A stretch of 64,000 nucleotides of DNA from Mobula hypostoma (taxonomy: Eukaryota): assembly GCF_963921235.1 (NCBI RefSeq), contig NC_086108.1, positions 64,048,001 to 64,112,000 on the forward strand. The letters run 5' to 3'. Shown here one piece after another: positions 1-12,925 of this stretch. The number at the start of each line of letters is the position of its first letter. Within the stretch, counting starts at the first letter, position 1. The position numbers were made by a program, and so were the translations under genes. The notes beneath the pieces were generated by a model. It was given only the letters and a program-made list of their open reading frames with translations. It was not told where the DNA came from and did not search any database.

Positions 1-1908
1 AGTTGTTACTGACGTCATTAAAACCTGTGTGGATGAGTGTGTGCCTACAAAGACTTACTGTACATTCCCAAACCAAATGCCATGGATGAACCAGGAGGTA
101 TGTCGTCTGCTGAAGACTAGGTCTGTGGCATTCAAGTCTGGCAACCCAGGCCTGCACCAGGAAACCAGGTATGATTTGCAGAGGGCTATTTCAAGGGCTA
201 AGGGACAATTTTGAATGAGGTTGGAGGCAATATCAGATGCACAGCAACTCTGGCAGATACTGCAAGACTTTACTTCCTACAAAGCGAAACCCAATAGTAT
301 GAATGACAACAATGCTTCACTACCAGATGAACTCAATGCCTTCTATGCTCGCTTTGAAAGAAAGAACACAACTACAGTTGTGAAGATCCCTGCTGCACCT
401 GATGACCTTGTGATCTCTGCCTCAGAGGCCAATGTTAGGCTGACTTTAAAGAGAGTGAACCCTTGCAAGTGAAAGGCCCTGACGGAGTACCTGGTAAGGC
501 TCTGAAAACCTGTGCCAACCAACAGGTGGGAGTATTGCCCGGTAGCACTCACATTGACAGCGATGAAATGCTTTGAGAGGTTGGTTATGACTAGACTGAA
601 CTCCCGCCTCAGCAAGGACCTGGACCCATTGCGATTTGCCTATCGTCACAATAGGTCAATGGCAGATGCAATCTCTATGGCTCTTCACACGGCCTTAGAC
701 CACCTAAACATAAACACCTACGCCAGGATGCTGTTTATCGACTACAGCTCAGCATTTAATACCATCATTCCCACGATCCTGATTGAAAAGTTGCAGAACC
801 TAGGCTCCATTACTTCCCTCTGGAATTGGATCCTCGACTTCCTAACCGGAAGACCACAATCTGTGCGGATTGGTGACAACATATCCTCCTTGCAGATGAT
901 CAACACTGGTGCACCTCAGGGGTGTTTGCTTATCCCACTGCTCTACTCTCTGTATACACATGACTGTGTGGCTAGGCATAGCTCATATACCATCTATAAA
1001 TTTGCTGACAATACAACCATTGTTGGTAGAATCCCAGGTGGTGACGAGAGGGCGTACAGGAGTGAGATATGCCAACTAGTGGAGTGATGCCTCAGCAACA
1101 ACCTGGCACTCAACGTCAGTAAGATGAAAGAGCTGACTGTGGACTTCAGGAAGGGTAAGACAAAGGAACACATACCAATCCTCATAGAGGGATCAGAAAT
1201 GGAGAGAGTGAGCAGCTTCAAGTTCCTGGGTGTCAAGATCTCTGAGGATCTAACCTGGTCCCAACACATTGATGTAGTCATAAAGAAGGCAAGACAGCGG
1301 CTATACCTTATTAGGAGTTTGAAGAGATTTGGCATGTCAACAAATACACTCAAAAACTTAGAGTTATACCGTGGAGAGCATTCTGACAGGCTGCATCATT
1401 GTCTGGTATGGAGGGGCTACTGCACAGGACTGAGAGAAGCTGCAGAATGTTGTAAATCTAGTCAGCTCCATCTTGGGCATTAGTCTACAAAGTACCCAGG
1501 ACATCTTTCGGGAGTGGTGTCTCAGAAAGGCAGTGCTCATTATTAAAGACCTCCAACACCCAGGGCATGCCCTTTTCTCACTGTTACCATCAGGTAGGAG
1601 ATACAGAAGCCTGAAGGCACACACTCAATGATTCAGGAACAGCTTCTTCCCCTCTGCCATCTGATTCCTGAATGGACTTTGAAGCTTTGGACACTACCTC
1701 ACTTTTTTTAATATACATTGTTTCCATTTTTGCACAGTTTTAATAATCTATTCAATATACGTAATTGATTTACTTGTTTATTTATTATTATGTTTTTTTT
1801 ATTTATTTTTTCTCTCTCTCTTTCTCTGTCAGATTATGTAGTTCATTGAACTGCTGCTGCTAAGTTAGCAGATTTCACATCACATGCCGGTGATAATAAG
1901 GCTGATTC
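1..1908 (+). mobile_element. Rex1/Babar-type non-LTR retrotransposon, degenerate RT through 3' UTR (continues off window start)
   Basis: Broken ORFs with [71 protein letters not shown] motifs; AATAA-GATTCT tail near 1895-1908. Confidence 0.92.
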
Positions 1909-2392
1909 TGGGGCTTCCAGCAGGCAGAGGTCTGTGGTGCCTTAGAAGCTCCGCCTAGGGAGGGGGGAACCCCGCCACATCCATGGACTCGGCTGCACAA
2001 TGAATTCAGCAATTGCCCTCATGAATATGCATGTGTCAGCTAATTATTATTTCGTTATGGCAATATTTAACTCCCTTCTTTCATTACAGCACTTGTTGAG
2101 ACTTGAGCAAAGCACAGCAACGTTACGGGGCTGTTTGCATTCAGCCTTGCCTGAGAAAGAGAATCGACAGACGCCGAAGACTAGCAGTATTCAGTTTATA
2201 TTCAGACATGCCTTTTAGTCGCGGTGTTGGCATCTAGTTTTCCATTTGAGAGGTTTAGCTAACGGCCCTGTTTGGCCTACAAGTGTTTATTGTTTTCTTT
2301 CCCTTTAAAATACTGTTTGCTTTAAAGTCTGTGAACTATCCTGCTTCAGTGTCTCTGTCACCGCACTTGGGCCATATCCCAATGTCGTGACA
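1909..2392 (+). mobile_element. Probable solo LTR fragment (Gypsy-like); 5' end overlain by the Rex1 tail
   Basis: CpG-containing non-coding block ending GCACTTGGGCC...GTCGTGACA, a typical LTR 3' terminus; no TG start or TSD visible. Confidence 0.5.
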
Positions 2393-2766
2393 GGGTGAGC
2401 CTTCACATGACAAGTGAGGTCTACTTCAGTTCAGTTTAGAGAAAACCTGCCTGACCAGAGTTGTAGTTATTAACCCCAGTGCATGGGATTCTCCATAACT
2501 TTCTCCCCATTGTTCTTTTTAAATAGAACTTGCCCCTCACTCCCAACTCTCCCTCCTCTCACTATAATTATCCCTCCATCACTTACCACCATTATACTTC
2601 AGCCTAATGATATACCTGACCACATCCCCAGAAACTGACAGTGACTAACTTTCCAAACTTAACTCTCGAATGGCAATGACAATGACACTGTGGTCATGAT
2701 TCAAGACACACACCCACGTTGTAGCTCAGGCACTTCTTATGTCCACTGCTCTTTCTCAATAGCACT

Positions 2767-4596
2767 TGATTTGAATTGACTTCACTTCTTACATCCTTCA
2801 CCTACATGAGGAGTAAAAATCTTTACATTATATCTCCATCTAAATGTACAATGTGCAATCATAGTAATTTATAATAATTTATAATAAATAGAACAGTCAA
2901 TGTGATATAGAATACACTCAAGTCAGTTCATCAGTCTGATGGCCTGGTGAAAGAAGCTGTCCAGGAGCCTCTGGTCCTGGGTTTTATGCTGCCGTACCAT
3001 TTCCTGGATGGTAGCAGCTGGAATAGACTATGGTTGGGATGGCTTGGATCCCCAATGATCCTATGTGCCCTATTTACACACCTGTCCTTGTAAATGTCCT
3101 GAATCATGGGAAGTTCACAACTACAGATGCGCTGGGCTGTCTGCACCACTCTCTACAGAGCCCTACGATTAAGGGAAATGCAGTTCCCATACCAGGTAGT
3201 GATGCAACAGTCAAGGTGCTCTCAATTCTGCCCCTGTAGAAAGTTCTTAGGATTTGGGGGCCCTTACCAAACTTCCTCAACCGTCTGAAGTGAAAGAGGC
3301 ACTGGTGTGTACAGACAACATGAGGTCCTCAGTGATGTGGATTCTGAGGAACTTGAAGCTGTTTACCCTCTCAACCCCAAATACATTGATGTCAATAGGG
3401 GTTAGCCCATCTCCATTCCCTCTGTAATCCACAACCAGTTCCTTTGTTTTTGTGACATTGAGGGAGAGGTTGTTTTCTTGACACCACTGTGTTAGAAAGA
3501 TGACTTCTTCCCCTGTAGGCCACCTCATTATTGTTTGAGATCTGGCCAATCAATGTAGTGTCATTGGCAAATTTAATTAGCAGATTGGAGCTGTGGGTGG
3601 CGATACAGTCATGGGTATACAGGGAGTAAAGGAGGGGACTCAGTACACAACCCTGAGGAGCACCTGTATTGAGAGTCCAAGGGTTGGAGGTGAGGGAACC
3701 CACTCTTACAACCTGCTGGCAATCTGACAGGAAGTCCAGGATCCAGCTGCACGAGGCAGGGTCAAGGCCGAGGTATCTGAGCTCCTTGTTGAGCCTGGAT
3801 GGAACTATGATGTTAAATGTTGAACTAGTCCAAGAACAACATTCTCACATAAGCATCCTTCTTCTCCAGATGTGTGAGGATGGCATGTACAGCAGTAGCT
3901 ATTGTGTCATCTGTCGATCGGATGTATGGGTAGGCGAATTGTAAGGGGTCCATTTTGGGTGGTAGCAAACTGCAGATGTAATCCTTGACCAGCCTCTCAA
4001 AACATTTGCTTATCATTGAGGTGAGTGCGACAGGACACCAGTCGTTCAGACATGTTACCTTGGTCTTTTTTGGTATAGGGACAATAGTGGATAATTTGAA
4101 GCAGGAGGGCACTCTACACTGGGAGAGGGAGAGATTGAAAATGTCTGTAAACACACCTGCTAGTTGTACTGTGCACATCCTAAGTACTCGCCCTGGGATG
4201 CCGTCCTGTCCGGCAGCCTTGCGACTGTCCACTCATTGGAAACATCTGCGTACCTCAGCTTCAGAAATGACCAGGTTGCAAGTTATAGCGGTGGCTTTCC
4301 GTGGAGGCTCAAAGTTAGCGACATCAAACCGAGCGTAAAAGCGATTGAGCTCATCTGAGAGAGAGGCCATGATGTTGGAGGCACCGCTATGTTTGGCTTT
4401 GAAATCTGCAATGGTATGCAACCCTCGCCACAAGTCGTGTGCTATTTGTTGTGAATCTTGACTCAGTCTTCTTCCTATATTGCTGTTTTGCAGCCCTGAT
4501 AGGTTTGCGCAGACCATAGCTGCTCTTCTTGAGCTCTAGTTGATCTCCAGCGATGTAACTCGATGTCACGCTGTAAGTGCTGCTCGCACAGAACTA
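2767..4596 (-). mobile_element. Rex1/Babar LINE, 5'-truncated
   Basis: Minus ORFs: [79 protein letters not shown]-type tail at about 2767-2780. Confidence 0.92.
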
Positions 4597-4807
4597 CTGT
4601 TTCCACAACATGCAATCAGTTATCCAAGTTCCCCAGCTAGATACTCCGTGGAAGAAAGTGGAGGAAGGACTTCTGTGTGTCTTTGGTCAAGCAAGGGCTA
4701 TTCTCCTGCAAACAGAATGTCAGGCCTTATGCACAATAGAAAATTGCTGGGACCACATACGAAGCTTGTGGCACCTCACTGGTTTAAAGATTTTCCTGAG
4801 GGTCAGA
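4592..4807 (+). CDS. Candidate penultimate coding exon of an unidentified host gene (LLFPQHAISYPSSPARY...LLGPHTKLVAPHWFKDFPEGQ)
   Basis: Non-repeat open frame ending at a perfect donor A|GTAAGT (4808-4813), phase 1; 5' boundary uncertain (CAG at 4589-4591). Confidence 0.55.
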
Positions 4808-5442
4808 GTAAGTACCATAGACAGAACTTGAGATAGGATGTAATTTGAAACCAAAGGGAAAGCATAAGTAGCAAATAAATGTTAAGAGACATAAATGCAG
4901 ATTTGTCAGAGACAAATAGTTCAGGGTTTAATGTAAAATAAACAAGATTGATTGAGGTATTCTCCAGAGATCTATCCAATTCTTTTCTTTTGAAGATGTG
5001 AACCAACACATCCCTCTTAGGAAAACAGCTTCTTCTAATCTCCAATTTGACTTGAAAGTAATTAATTTAAAATATGACTGTCTTGTAGTCTGATTAATGT
5101 CCAAGTCAAACAGGGTTCTGCAATTTATTTTAGTTGGTCCTCTTAGCAATATAAAGATATGGATTTTTTTCCTCAATCTTCATTTTTATCAACATAAAAT
5201 GAGTTCAGTCTTCTTCCATCCATTAATTATTTCTTGTAAATACTCAGCAATGTTTGCCACAAACATTGACATGCTATCCCTCAACACTTGATTCCCCTAA
5301 TCCAAGTTGGTTCTTCGCCAAGATGTTCCACTGCCGTACTTTACCAGGTTGCGTTAGAAATATTGCATGGTTTTCCTTTAATTATTTTTTGTTTTTTCAT
5401 GTATTTAATCTGCTTGTTAGAGATCTGTTTATTTTGATTTAG

Positions 5443-5561
5443 AATCAGTTCAGGATAAACATGTTCACATGCTACAAGATACGCTAACATTGGTCAACAA
5501 TCATTTCGTCACACCAGCTTTCTCAAATTCGCCTGCCAACCCTATTTTCTTTCTTAGCTAA
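5443..5561 (+). CDS. Candidate terminal coding exon (KSVQDKHVHMLQDTLTLVNNHFVTPAFSNSPANPIFFLS*)
   Basis: T-rich acceptor TGTTTATTTTGATTTAG| at 5442; phase 1 matches the upstream donor; open to TAA 5559-5561; AATAAA downstream near 6765 and 6942. Confidence 0.55.
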
Positions 5562-6251
5562 AGACTACACATCAAATTTTATGCAAGGTTGCAGAATGTG
5601 ACAGATGCTGCTGAAAAGTTCCTCATCAAAGAATTTGTCAATTGACCCAGTACCTTTTGATATGAAATTTTTAAATCCTTAGGCTTCTAACTGTATAATA
5701 AAATGGTATCTGTGGACAATACCTAACTGTAGCAGGTAATAATTCTAACATAAAATGATATAATGACTCAGTGATGATGGTATTCCCAAAATAGTTGTAG
5801 GAAGGGCCGAATTAATTGACTAATTTCCCTCTGATCCAATTAATATCATTTGCAGGAAAGCAATTGTCATGGTTTTAGGTCAGTATGAAGGCCTTTAGGA
5901 TTAAGTCAATATTAAAAAGGAGTTTCCTTTCCCAAAGCACACGTTCAGAAGAGGATATTAAAGGAACACCTTTCAGAGGGAGGTTAATGAATATGCTCCT
6001 CTCTTGCTTTGTCCCAAGATCCACCTGGCTACCTACTCTGGAGCTGTGACAGTGCAAGTGGAGAATATTCTCAGCAGCAGAAATTCCTCTGGCATCCACC
6101 TGACTTATCTCATGATTCAGAACTGGCTCTCAGCCTAAAATCAAGGAGAAGCACCTCCCTGCCACTCTACTCTGACCAGAGAAGAGCTTTGTTATGAATT
6201 CTGACAGTCAGCAAAATAATTAATGTTACATTGCAACTTAACATTTTAACA

Positions 6252-6589
6252 AAGATTTAGAGGTCAGCTTTATTTTTCATATTGACACTGAAACATCAAA
6301 AAGTACAGTGAAATGAGTTGTTTCGCATCAACAGCCAACATAGCCCAAATGTGTTGGGTCAGCCCACAAGTGTCACCATAATTCCAGCACCAATGTAGCA
6401 TGCCCACAACTTACTAACCCTAGCTCATATATATTTGGAATGTGGGAGGAAACCAGAGCACCTGGAGGAATCCCATGTGGTCACAGGGAGAACATACAAA
6501 CTCCTTAGAGATAGCAGTCGGAATTGAACCCCAATCTTACAGCTGGTGCTGTAAAGCATTACTCTAGCCACTACGCTACTATGCCACCT
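6252..6589 (-). mobile_element. tRNA-derived SINE with V-domain core (HE1/V-SINE-like)
   Basis: Minus 5' end GGTGGCATAGTAGCGTAGTGG (A box), GGTTCAATTCC (B box); V-domain motif TGTGGGAGGAAACCAGAGCACCTGGAGGAA on +. Confidence 0.8.
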
Positions 6590-7314
6590 CTTTATCAGAG
6601 ATTGATAAGGATCCAAAATAACAGAACTACAAATTTTGGCAGAGAGCTAAGTTCATCAAAGCATTTTAGAAGTGTTGAAAGCTGGATATCTAATTTAAAA
6701 AAAGAATAGGCAGTCCCAGAACGGCCACATTTGAAGTGCTATATTTGGTGCCCTCATGTGGTTGAATAAATAAATTATACAAAATATTATTGAGCCAAAT
6801 GACTTCAAAATCTGGAAAAGTTGTTTTTAATAACTTAGTGAGTATATCAGTAGTTTGAACATCAAAATCATCTAGTTAACAATTGAAAGTTAACTTGATA
6901 AGATATGAAGTAAACATTTTCTGATACTTTTGGTACAGTAAATAAAGGCATAGTAAAGTGCCAGGCTTGTGGTGTAACTTTCAACTAATATTCTCCTATT
7001 AGCATGGTCCCCTCAACTGCAGAAACCTGCTGTTGATGTATACAAACTCAGCCCATATTTTCTACCCACATTAAGACAAGTCCAATGTGGATTCAGCTAA
7101 TTTTCTGTCCTCTCCAGCTAGCTTGGTTCATCAATACATTAGGATGCCTGCATCAGGTCCAGAATAACATACACTGTTACATAAATGTATTCAGCCCCCT
7201 TGGAAGTTTTCATGTTTATTGTTTTACAACATTGAATCACAGTGAATTTAATTTGGCTTTTTTGACACAGATCAACAGAAAAAGAGTGTTTCGTGTCAAA
7301 GTGAAAACCAATCT

Positions 7315-9356
7315 ATGTTTTAACATAAGTATGTTCCACTAAGTCAGGGAAAGATGGTAGGGTTAAAGAACCATGGTTTACAAAGGATGTAGAAACTCAG
7401 ATTAAGAAGAAAAGAAAAACTTATGGAAGTTTCAAGAAACTAGGTACTGTTAGAGCTCTAGAAAATTACAAGTTTGCTAGGAAGGAGTTTAAGAATGGAA
7501 TTAGGAGAACCAGAAGGGGTCATGAGAAGGCTTTGGTGAGCAGGATTAAGGATAATCCCAAGGCGTTCTACAATTGTGTGAAGAGCAAGAGGATGAGCAG
7601 TGTGAGAATAGGATCAATCAGGTGTTGTAGTGGAAATGTGTGCATGGAGTCGGAGGAGGTAGCAGAGGTACATAATGAATGCTTTGCTTCAGTATTCACC
7701 AGGGAATAAGACCTTGGCAGTTGTGAGGGTGACCTACAGTGGACTGAAATGCTTGAGCATATAGATATTCAGAAAGAGGATGTGCTGGAGCTTTTGAAAA
7801 GCATTAAGTTAGGTAAGTGACTGGGACCAGGTGAGATATACCCCAGGCTATTATGGGAAGCCAGAGAGGAGATTGCTGAGCTTCTTGCGATGATCTTTGC
7901 ATCATCAATAGGGACAGGAGAAGTACCAGAGGATTGGATGGTTGCAAATGTTGTTCCCTTGTTTAAAATGGGAAGTAGAGATAACTCAGGAAATTATAGA
8001 CCAATGAGTCTGACTTCAGTGATGGGCAAGTTGTTGGAGATGATCCTGAAAGGCAGGATTATGAGCATTTTGAGAGACATAATCTGATTAGGGATAGTCA
8101 GCATGGCTTTGTAAAGGGTAGGTTGTGTCTTATGAGCCTGAATGAATTCTTTGAGGATGTAACAAAACACATTGATGAAGGTAGAGAGTGGATGTAGTGT
8201 ATATGGATTTCAGTAAGATATTTGATAAGGTTCCTCATGCAAGGTGCCTTCAGAAAGTAAGGAGGCAAGGGATCCAAGGAGACCTTGATTTGTGAATCCA
8301 GAATTGGCTTATCTACAGAAAGCAAATGGTGGTTGTAGATAGTTCATATTCTACATGGAGGTCAGTGACCAGTCATGTTCCACAGGGATCTGTTCTGGGA
8401 TCCCTCTTCATTGTGATTTTCATAAATGACTTGGATGAAGAAGTAGAAGGGTGGGTTAGTAAGTGTGCTGATGACACAAAGGTTGGGGAGTGTTGTGGAT
8501 AGTGTGGAGGGTTGTCAGAGGTTACAGTGGGGGTATTGATAGGATGCAGAACTGGGCTGAGAAGTAGCAGATGGACTTCAATCCAGATAGGTGTGAAGTG
8601 ATTCATTTTGGTAGGTCCAATTTGAAGACAGAATATATTATTAATGTCAAGGCTCTTGGCAGTGTGGAGGATCTGAGAGATCTTGGGGTCCATGTCTACA
8701 GGACACTCAAAGCTGCTGTGCGGGTGGACAGTGTTGTTAAGAAGGCATATGTTGTGTTGGCCTTCATCAACCGTGGGATTGATTTCAAGAGTGAAGGTAA
8801 TGTTGGAGCTATATAAGACCTTGATCAGACCCTACTTGGAGTACTGTATTCATTTCTGGTCACCTCACTACAAGAAGGATGTGGATATTATAGAGAGAGT
8901 GCAGGGGGGATTTACAAGGATGTTGCCTGGATTGGAGGGCGTACCTTATGGAATAGGGTGAGTGAACTTGGTGAGTGACAGAGGATGAGAGGTGACTTGA
9001 TAGAGGTGTATAAGATGATGTGGTGTATGTGGATAACCAGAAGCTTCTTCCCAGGGACGAAATGGCTAACACAAGGAGGCATAGTTTTAAGGTGCTTGGA
9101 AATAGGTACTGAGGGGACGTCAGGGGTAAGTTTTTCCACACAGAGAGTGGTGGGTGCATGGAATGCACTGCCAGTGGCGGTGGTGGAAGTGGATACAATA
9201 GGGTCTTTTAAAAGCCTCTTAGATAGGTACATGGAGCTTAGGAAAATAAAGGGCTATGCGCTAGGGAAATTCTAAGCAGTTTCTAGAGTAGGTTACATGG
9301 TCGGCACAACGTTATGGGCTGGAGGGCCTGTAATGTGCTGTAGATTTCTATGTTCT
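7315..9356 (+). mobile_element. CR1 LINE, 5'-truncated, degenerate RT
   Basis: VPEDWMVANVVPLFK, NYRPMSLTS, PQGSVLG, FNPDRCEVIHFG, RPYLEYC motifs; TTCTATGTTCTA tail; ATCT at both junctions. Confidence 0.93.
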
Positions 9357-9599
9357 ATCTCTACAAAGTGATCTAAATTAATTTCAAATATAAAACACAA
9401 AATAATTGTCTTTAATATGACACATCAAATCACCACTGGTGCAGCTAATTGGCTTTAGAAGTCATGTAATTAATTAAATGGAGATCTGTTTTTGGAGACC
9501 TGTGTGCAGTCAAGGTGTTTCAATGGATTGTAGTAAAAATACACCTGTATCTGGAAGGTCTAACTGCTGGTGAGTCAATATCCTGGCAAAAACTACACC

Positions 9600-10581
9600 A
9601 TGAAGACAAAAGAACACTCCAAGCAACTCCACAAAAAGGTTATTGTCAAAAGGTACATGTCAAGAGATGAGTACAAGAAAATCTCCAAGTCACTGAATAT
9701 CCCTTGGAGTACAGTTAAGTCAATTATCAAGAAATGGAAAGACTATGGCACAGTTGTAAATCTGCGTGGAGCAGGCTGTCCTCAAAAAATGAGTGACCTC
9801 GCAAGAAGGGGACTAGTGAGGGAGGCCACCAAGAGACAACTCCGGAGAAGTTACAAGCTTCAGTGGCTGAGATGGGAGAGACTGTGCAAACAACTGTAGC
9901 CTGGGTGCTTCACCAGTCACAGCTTTATGGGAGAGTGGCAAAGAGAAAGCCATTGTTGAAAAAAACTCAGATGAAATCTCAACTGGAGTTTGCCAGAAGG
10001 CATGTAGGAGACTGCTCAACTGGAAGAAGGTTCTATGGTCGGATGAAACCAGAAGAGCTTTTTGGCTATTAGACTAAATACTATGCACATCATCAAAAAC
10101 ACACCATCCCTACCGTGAAGCATGATGTTGGTTGCATCACGCTGTGGGCTTGCTTCACTGCAGCAGACCCTGGAAGGCCTGTGAAGGTAGAGGGTAAAAT
10201 GAATGCAGCAAAATATACGGAAGTCCTGGAGGAAAACATGATGCAGTTTGCAAGAGAACTGACTTAGGAGAAGATTTGTTTACCAGCAAGAAATGGCCCC
10301 AAGCATAAAGCCAAAGCTACACTGGAATGGCTTAAAAGCAACAATATTAATGTCCCGGAGTGGCCAAGATAGAGTCCATACGTCAATCCAATTGAGAATT
10401 TGTGGCTGGACTTGAAAAGGGCTGTTCACTCATGATCCCCTTGCAATCTGACAGAGCTTGAGCAGTTTTGTAAAGTAGAATGGAGAAAAATTGCAGTGTC
10501 CAGATGTGCAAAGCTGTTAGAGACTTATCCACACAGACACAGGCTGTAATTGCTGCCAAAGGTGCATCTACTAAATACTAA
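9600..10581 (+). pseudogene. Tc1 DDE transposase, frameshifted
   Basis: MKTKEHSKQL...YKKISKSLNIPWSTVKSIIKKWK paired-like HTH; WSDET; degenerate QDNDPKH; SPYVNPIENLW; ends KGASTKY*. Confidence 0.9.
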
Positions 10582-11446
10582 CTTGATGGGGGAGAATACT
10601 TATGCAATCAATTATTTTGTTTTTTATATAGTTGTAATTAATTTAGATATCTTAGATGGCCTTTATATCTGGAGTAGTTGAGGGCACTCCATTCACAATT
10701 AGAAAGCCTGGGATTCAGACACACTGCAGCTATTCATTCTTTTGCCTGCACTGAATTATTTAAAAGAGGCCCATCCACACTCTGTATTGAAGAAGTAAAC
10801 ATCAGTGGCACACCAGTTGTAGACTTAGGGCAACCACTGACTAACAGCAAGTTCAGAAATTGTCTCTTCTGCTGCCCCAAGTTTTACAGACTGAAGATTA
10901 GACAGTTATTTTGTATGGTATGGCCCGGGAGGGGCAGACGTGAGTCTGTCATTTCAGGAGCTGGGGTTGGATCAATCATTGTCTGACATCTTGACCACAG
11001 CCATTCCAACATGGGTGGACCTGAACTGATTGTGTCATTGAAGCACACAAGCCTCCACATGATGTCAACATGTTGATTCAGATCGTGGAGGAACTAGACA
11101 GTAATATTAAGTTAACAATAACAAAAATTGTAAAATCAATGTATGAGGTTTATCAGTTACTGGTTTGGCCACATAGGGCCTAGTGATCTGCAAGACCAGC
11201 CACTGAGAAGAAGAAAAGCACCAGTCATCACTTTCAAAACTGAAATATCATAGGTGTTGTGAACTTTGCTTTCTGACAGTAGGCAAAGTCCTTGGCAACT
11301 CCACTCATTAGGTGGTATTGTTATATTACCCCTCAAATTTACTCTAAAATTCCTCCCATTTGGTTAAAACAGTGATTGGAGAATTTGGTAAGGGTCTTCT
11401 GTCTTAGTACATGGAAAACTGGTTTGAAATTTTATTTCAGTTTTTA

Positions 11447-11775
11447 AGACCACAAGGGATAGGAGCAGAATTAGACCATTCAGCCTAATAAGTTGGCTCC
11501 ACATTTGATAAGAACATTATATCAATTCTGTCATCCAGATCATTAACATATAATGTGAAAATTAGTGGACCAATGCTAACTCCGAAGGATGACCATTAGT
11601 CACCAGCTGCCAACTAGAAAATTCACCTTTATACCTATTCTTTGCTTTCTGCCAGTCAGTCAATCTTTTATTCATTCGAGAATCTTTCCTGTAAAACCAT
11701 GGGCTCTTATCCTCTTTAGCAGCCTCAAATACAGCACATTGTCAAAGGCCTTCTGAAAGCCCATGTAAACAATAT
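11447..11775 (-). mobile_element. CR1 fragments (3' tail plus RT piece)
   Basis: GATAGGAGCAGAATTAGACCATTCAGCC tail; YMGFQKAFDNV in minus ORF. Confidence 0.75.
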
Positions 11776-11778
11776 CCT

Positions 11779-12925
11779 TCTGATAGATATTCACTTCTGT
11801 CTTATGCTTGAGATGCTTACTTTCTAAACAACAACAGCTGCCATTTGAAAGATCAAAGCCAGATGTAAGTAAACTTCCAACTTTATTAGCTTTTGGTTGT
11901 AAAAGGAAGTCAGTGTTCAATTCATAAAAAGTAAATGGATAACAGTAATCAGCTTGAAGTTAAAAACACAGCTTTGCAAATAAGCTCTATGTAAAGCACA
12001 GACTCCTGTGAGAAAGAAGATGCTTTATTATTAAACAAGAGTAGATTAAAAAGCAAAGATTTAATTTGGGTTGTTTCAAAGAAACAGGCTGACTCTTAAC
12101 ACAAACAAGAGAAAATCTGCAAATGCTGGAAATCCAAGCAAATAAAGTCCTGCTGAAGGGTCTCAGCCCAAAACATTGACTGTAGATGCTACCTGGCCTG
12201 CTGAACTCCTCCAGCATTTTGCGTGTGAAGCCAACTCTTAAGTTGCTTAGTACAAAGAACCTTGTAGAATAGATGGATAATATCATTTAGCATATCAATA
12301 ACTGATGTGGTTATAGTGGTAAGTTTTATTTTCTCAGCATTACATAATCTACAGCATCAATTGTGAATTGTGAACATTAATCTGATATCTGTCTCTCCAA
12401 AAATGCTTCTGAACTATTTGTGTTAAAAGGATAGCTGAGGAAATATCACATACATGTGAAATCATCCAAGTGGGAGAAAATGGATATAAATGTGGACAGC
12501 AATTCAGGCTTATTAGGAATGAATCAAGAGGAAATGTGAAGGAAACATGGGGTGAACTAGAATCCATTCCTCCAGCTTTGGTTTCTGTAATGGACAACTT
12601 GTTCATCTACAACTTAGTGTTATGTCTTTTTAGTTTATAGGAATTGTACCTGTGTTTTGGAAATCATTTATGCTTAAGAAATGCTTTATGCTTTCTACTT
12701 TGTGTTTGTGTTTAGGAAATGATTGTGTTTTAGAAATGGTTTGTAATTTGGAAATGTTTAAGATAGAAATTCCCTGTGAGTTCTAAATGTGTTTAAAGAG
12801 TTGTTTTTATTTAAATGTGTATTGCTGTAAATAAATGAACTGAGTTTTAAATGACTTTGTTAGTTGGAAGTATCTTCTCCTTAGTAGGGAGGAGGGACCA
12901 ACCACTTGAATAGTGGGTATTGTCA
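11779..12925 (+). mobile_element. Long solo LTR, copy 1 (3'-truncated); homologous to 41954-43070
   Basis: Starts TCTGATAGATATTCAC (compare TGTGATAGATATTCAC); co-linear similarity to the reverse complement of 42121-43070; TATAAA near 12485, AATAAA near 12830. Confidence 0.75.
12100..12228 (+). mobile_element. Short Penelope-terminus element with degenerate hammerhead motif, nested in the LTR
   Basis: Inverted tail + AGTC-CTGCTGA-AGGGTCTCAGCCC-AAAA-CATT-GACT; ACTCTTAA duplicated at 12092-12099 and 12234-12241; absent from the second LTR copy. Confidence 0.8.

Larger units (their letters stand above)
7172..10648 (+). mobile_element. Tc1-family DNA transposon with long TIRs; CR1 inserted in left TIR, right TIR truncated
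   Basis: TA|CACTG... start; left TIR 7172-7314 resumes near 9361; transposase remnant 9600-10581; inner part of right TIR about 10590-10648. Confidence 0.88.

Noticed and set aside
4577..4831. Alternative + frame over the candidate exon (VIQVPQLDTPW...)
   Set aside because: Ends in phase 0 at the donor and gives a shorter frame after the 5443 acceptor; the phase 1 reading was preferred, but this one is not formally excluded
6500..6589. tRNA-like heads at 6.5, 50.6 and 56.5 kb as tRNA genes
   Set aside because: Degenerate and fused to SINE bodies
10680..11340. 102-aa ORF and faint old-repeat motifs
   Set aside because: No splice or domain support; too degenerate to classify
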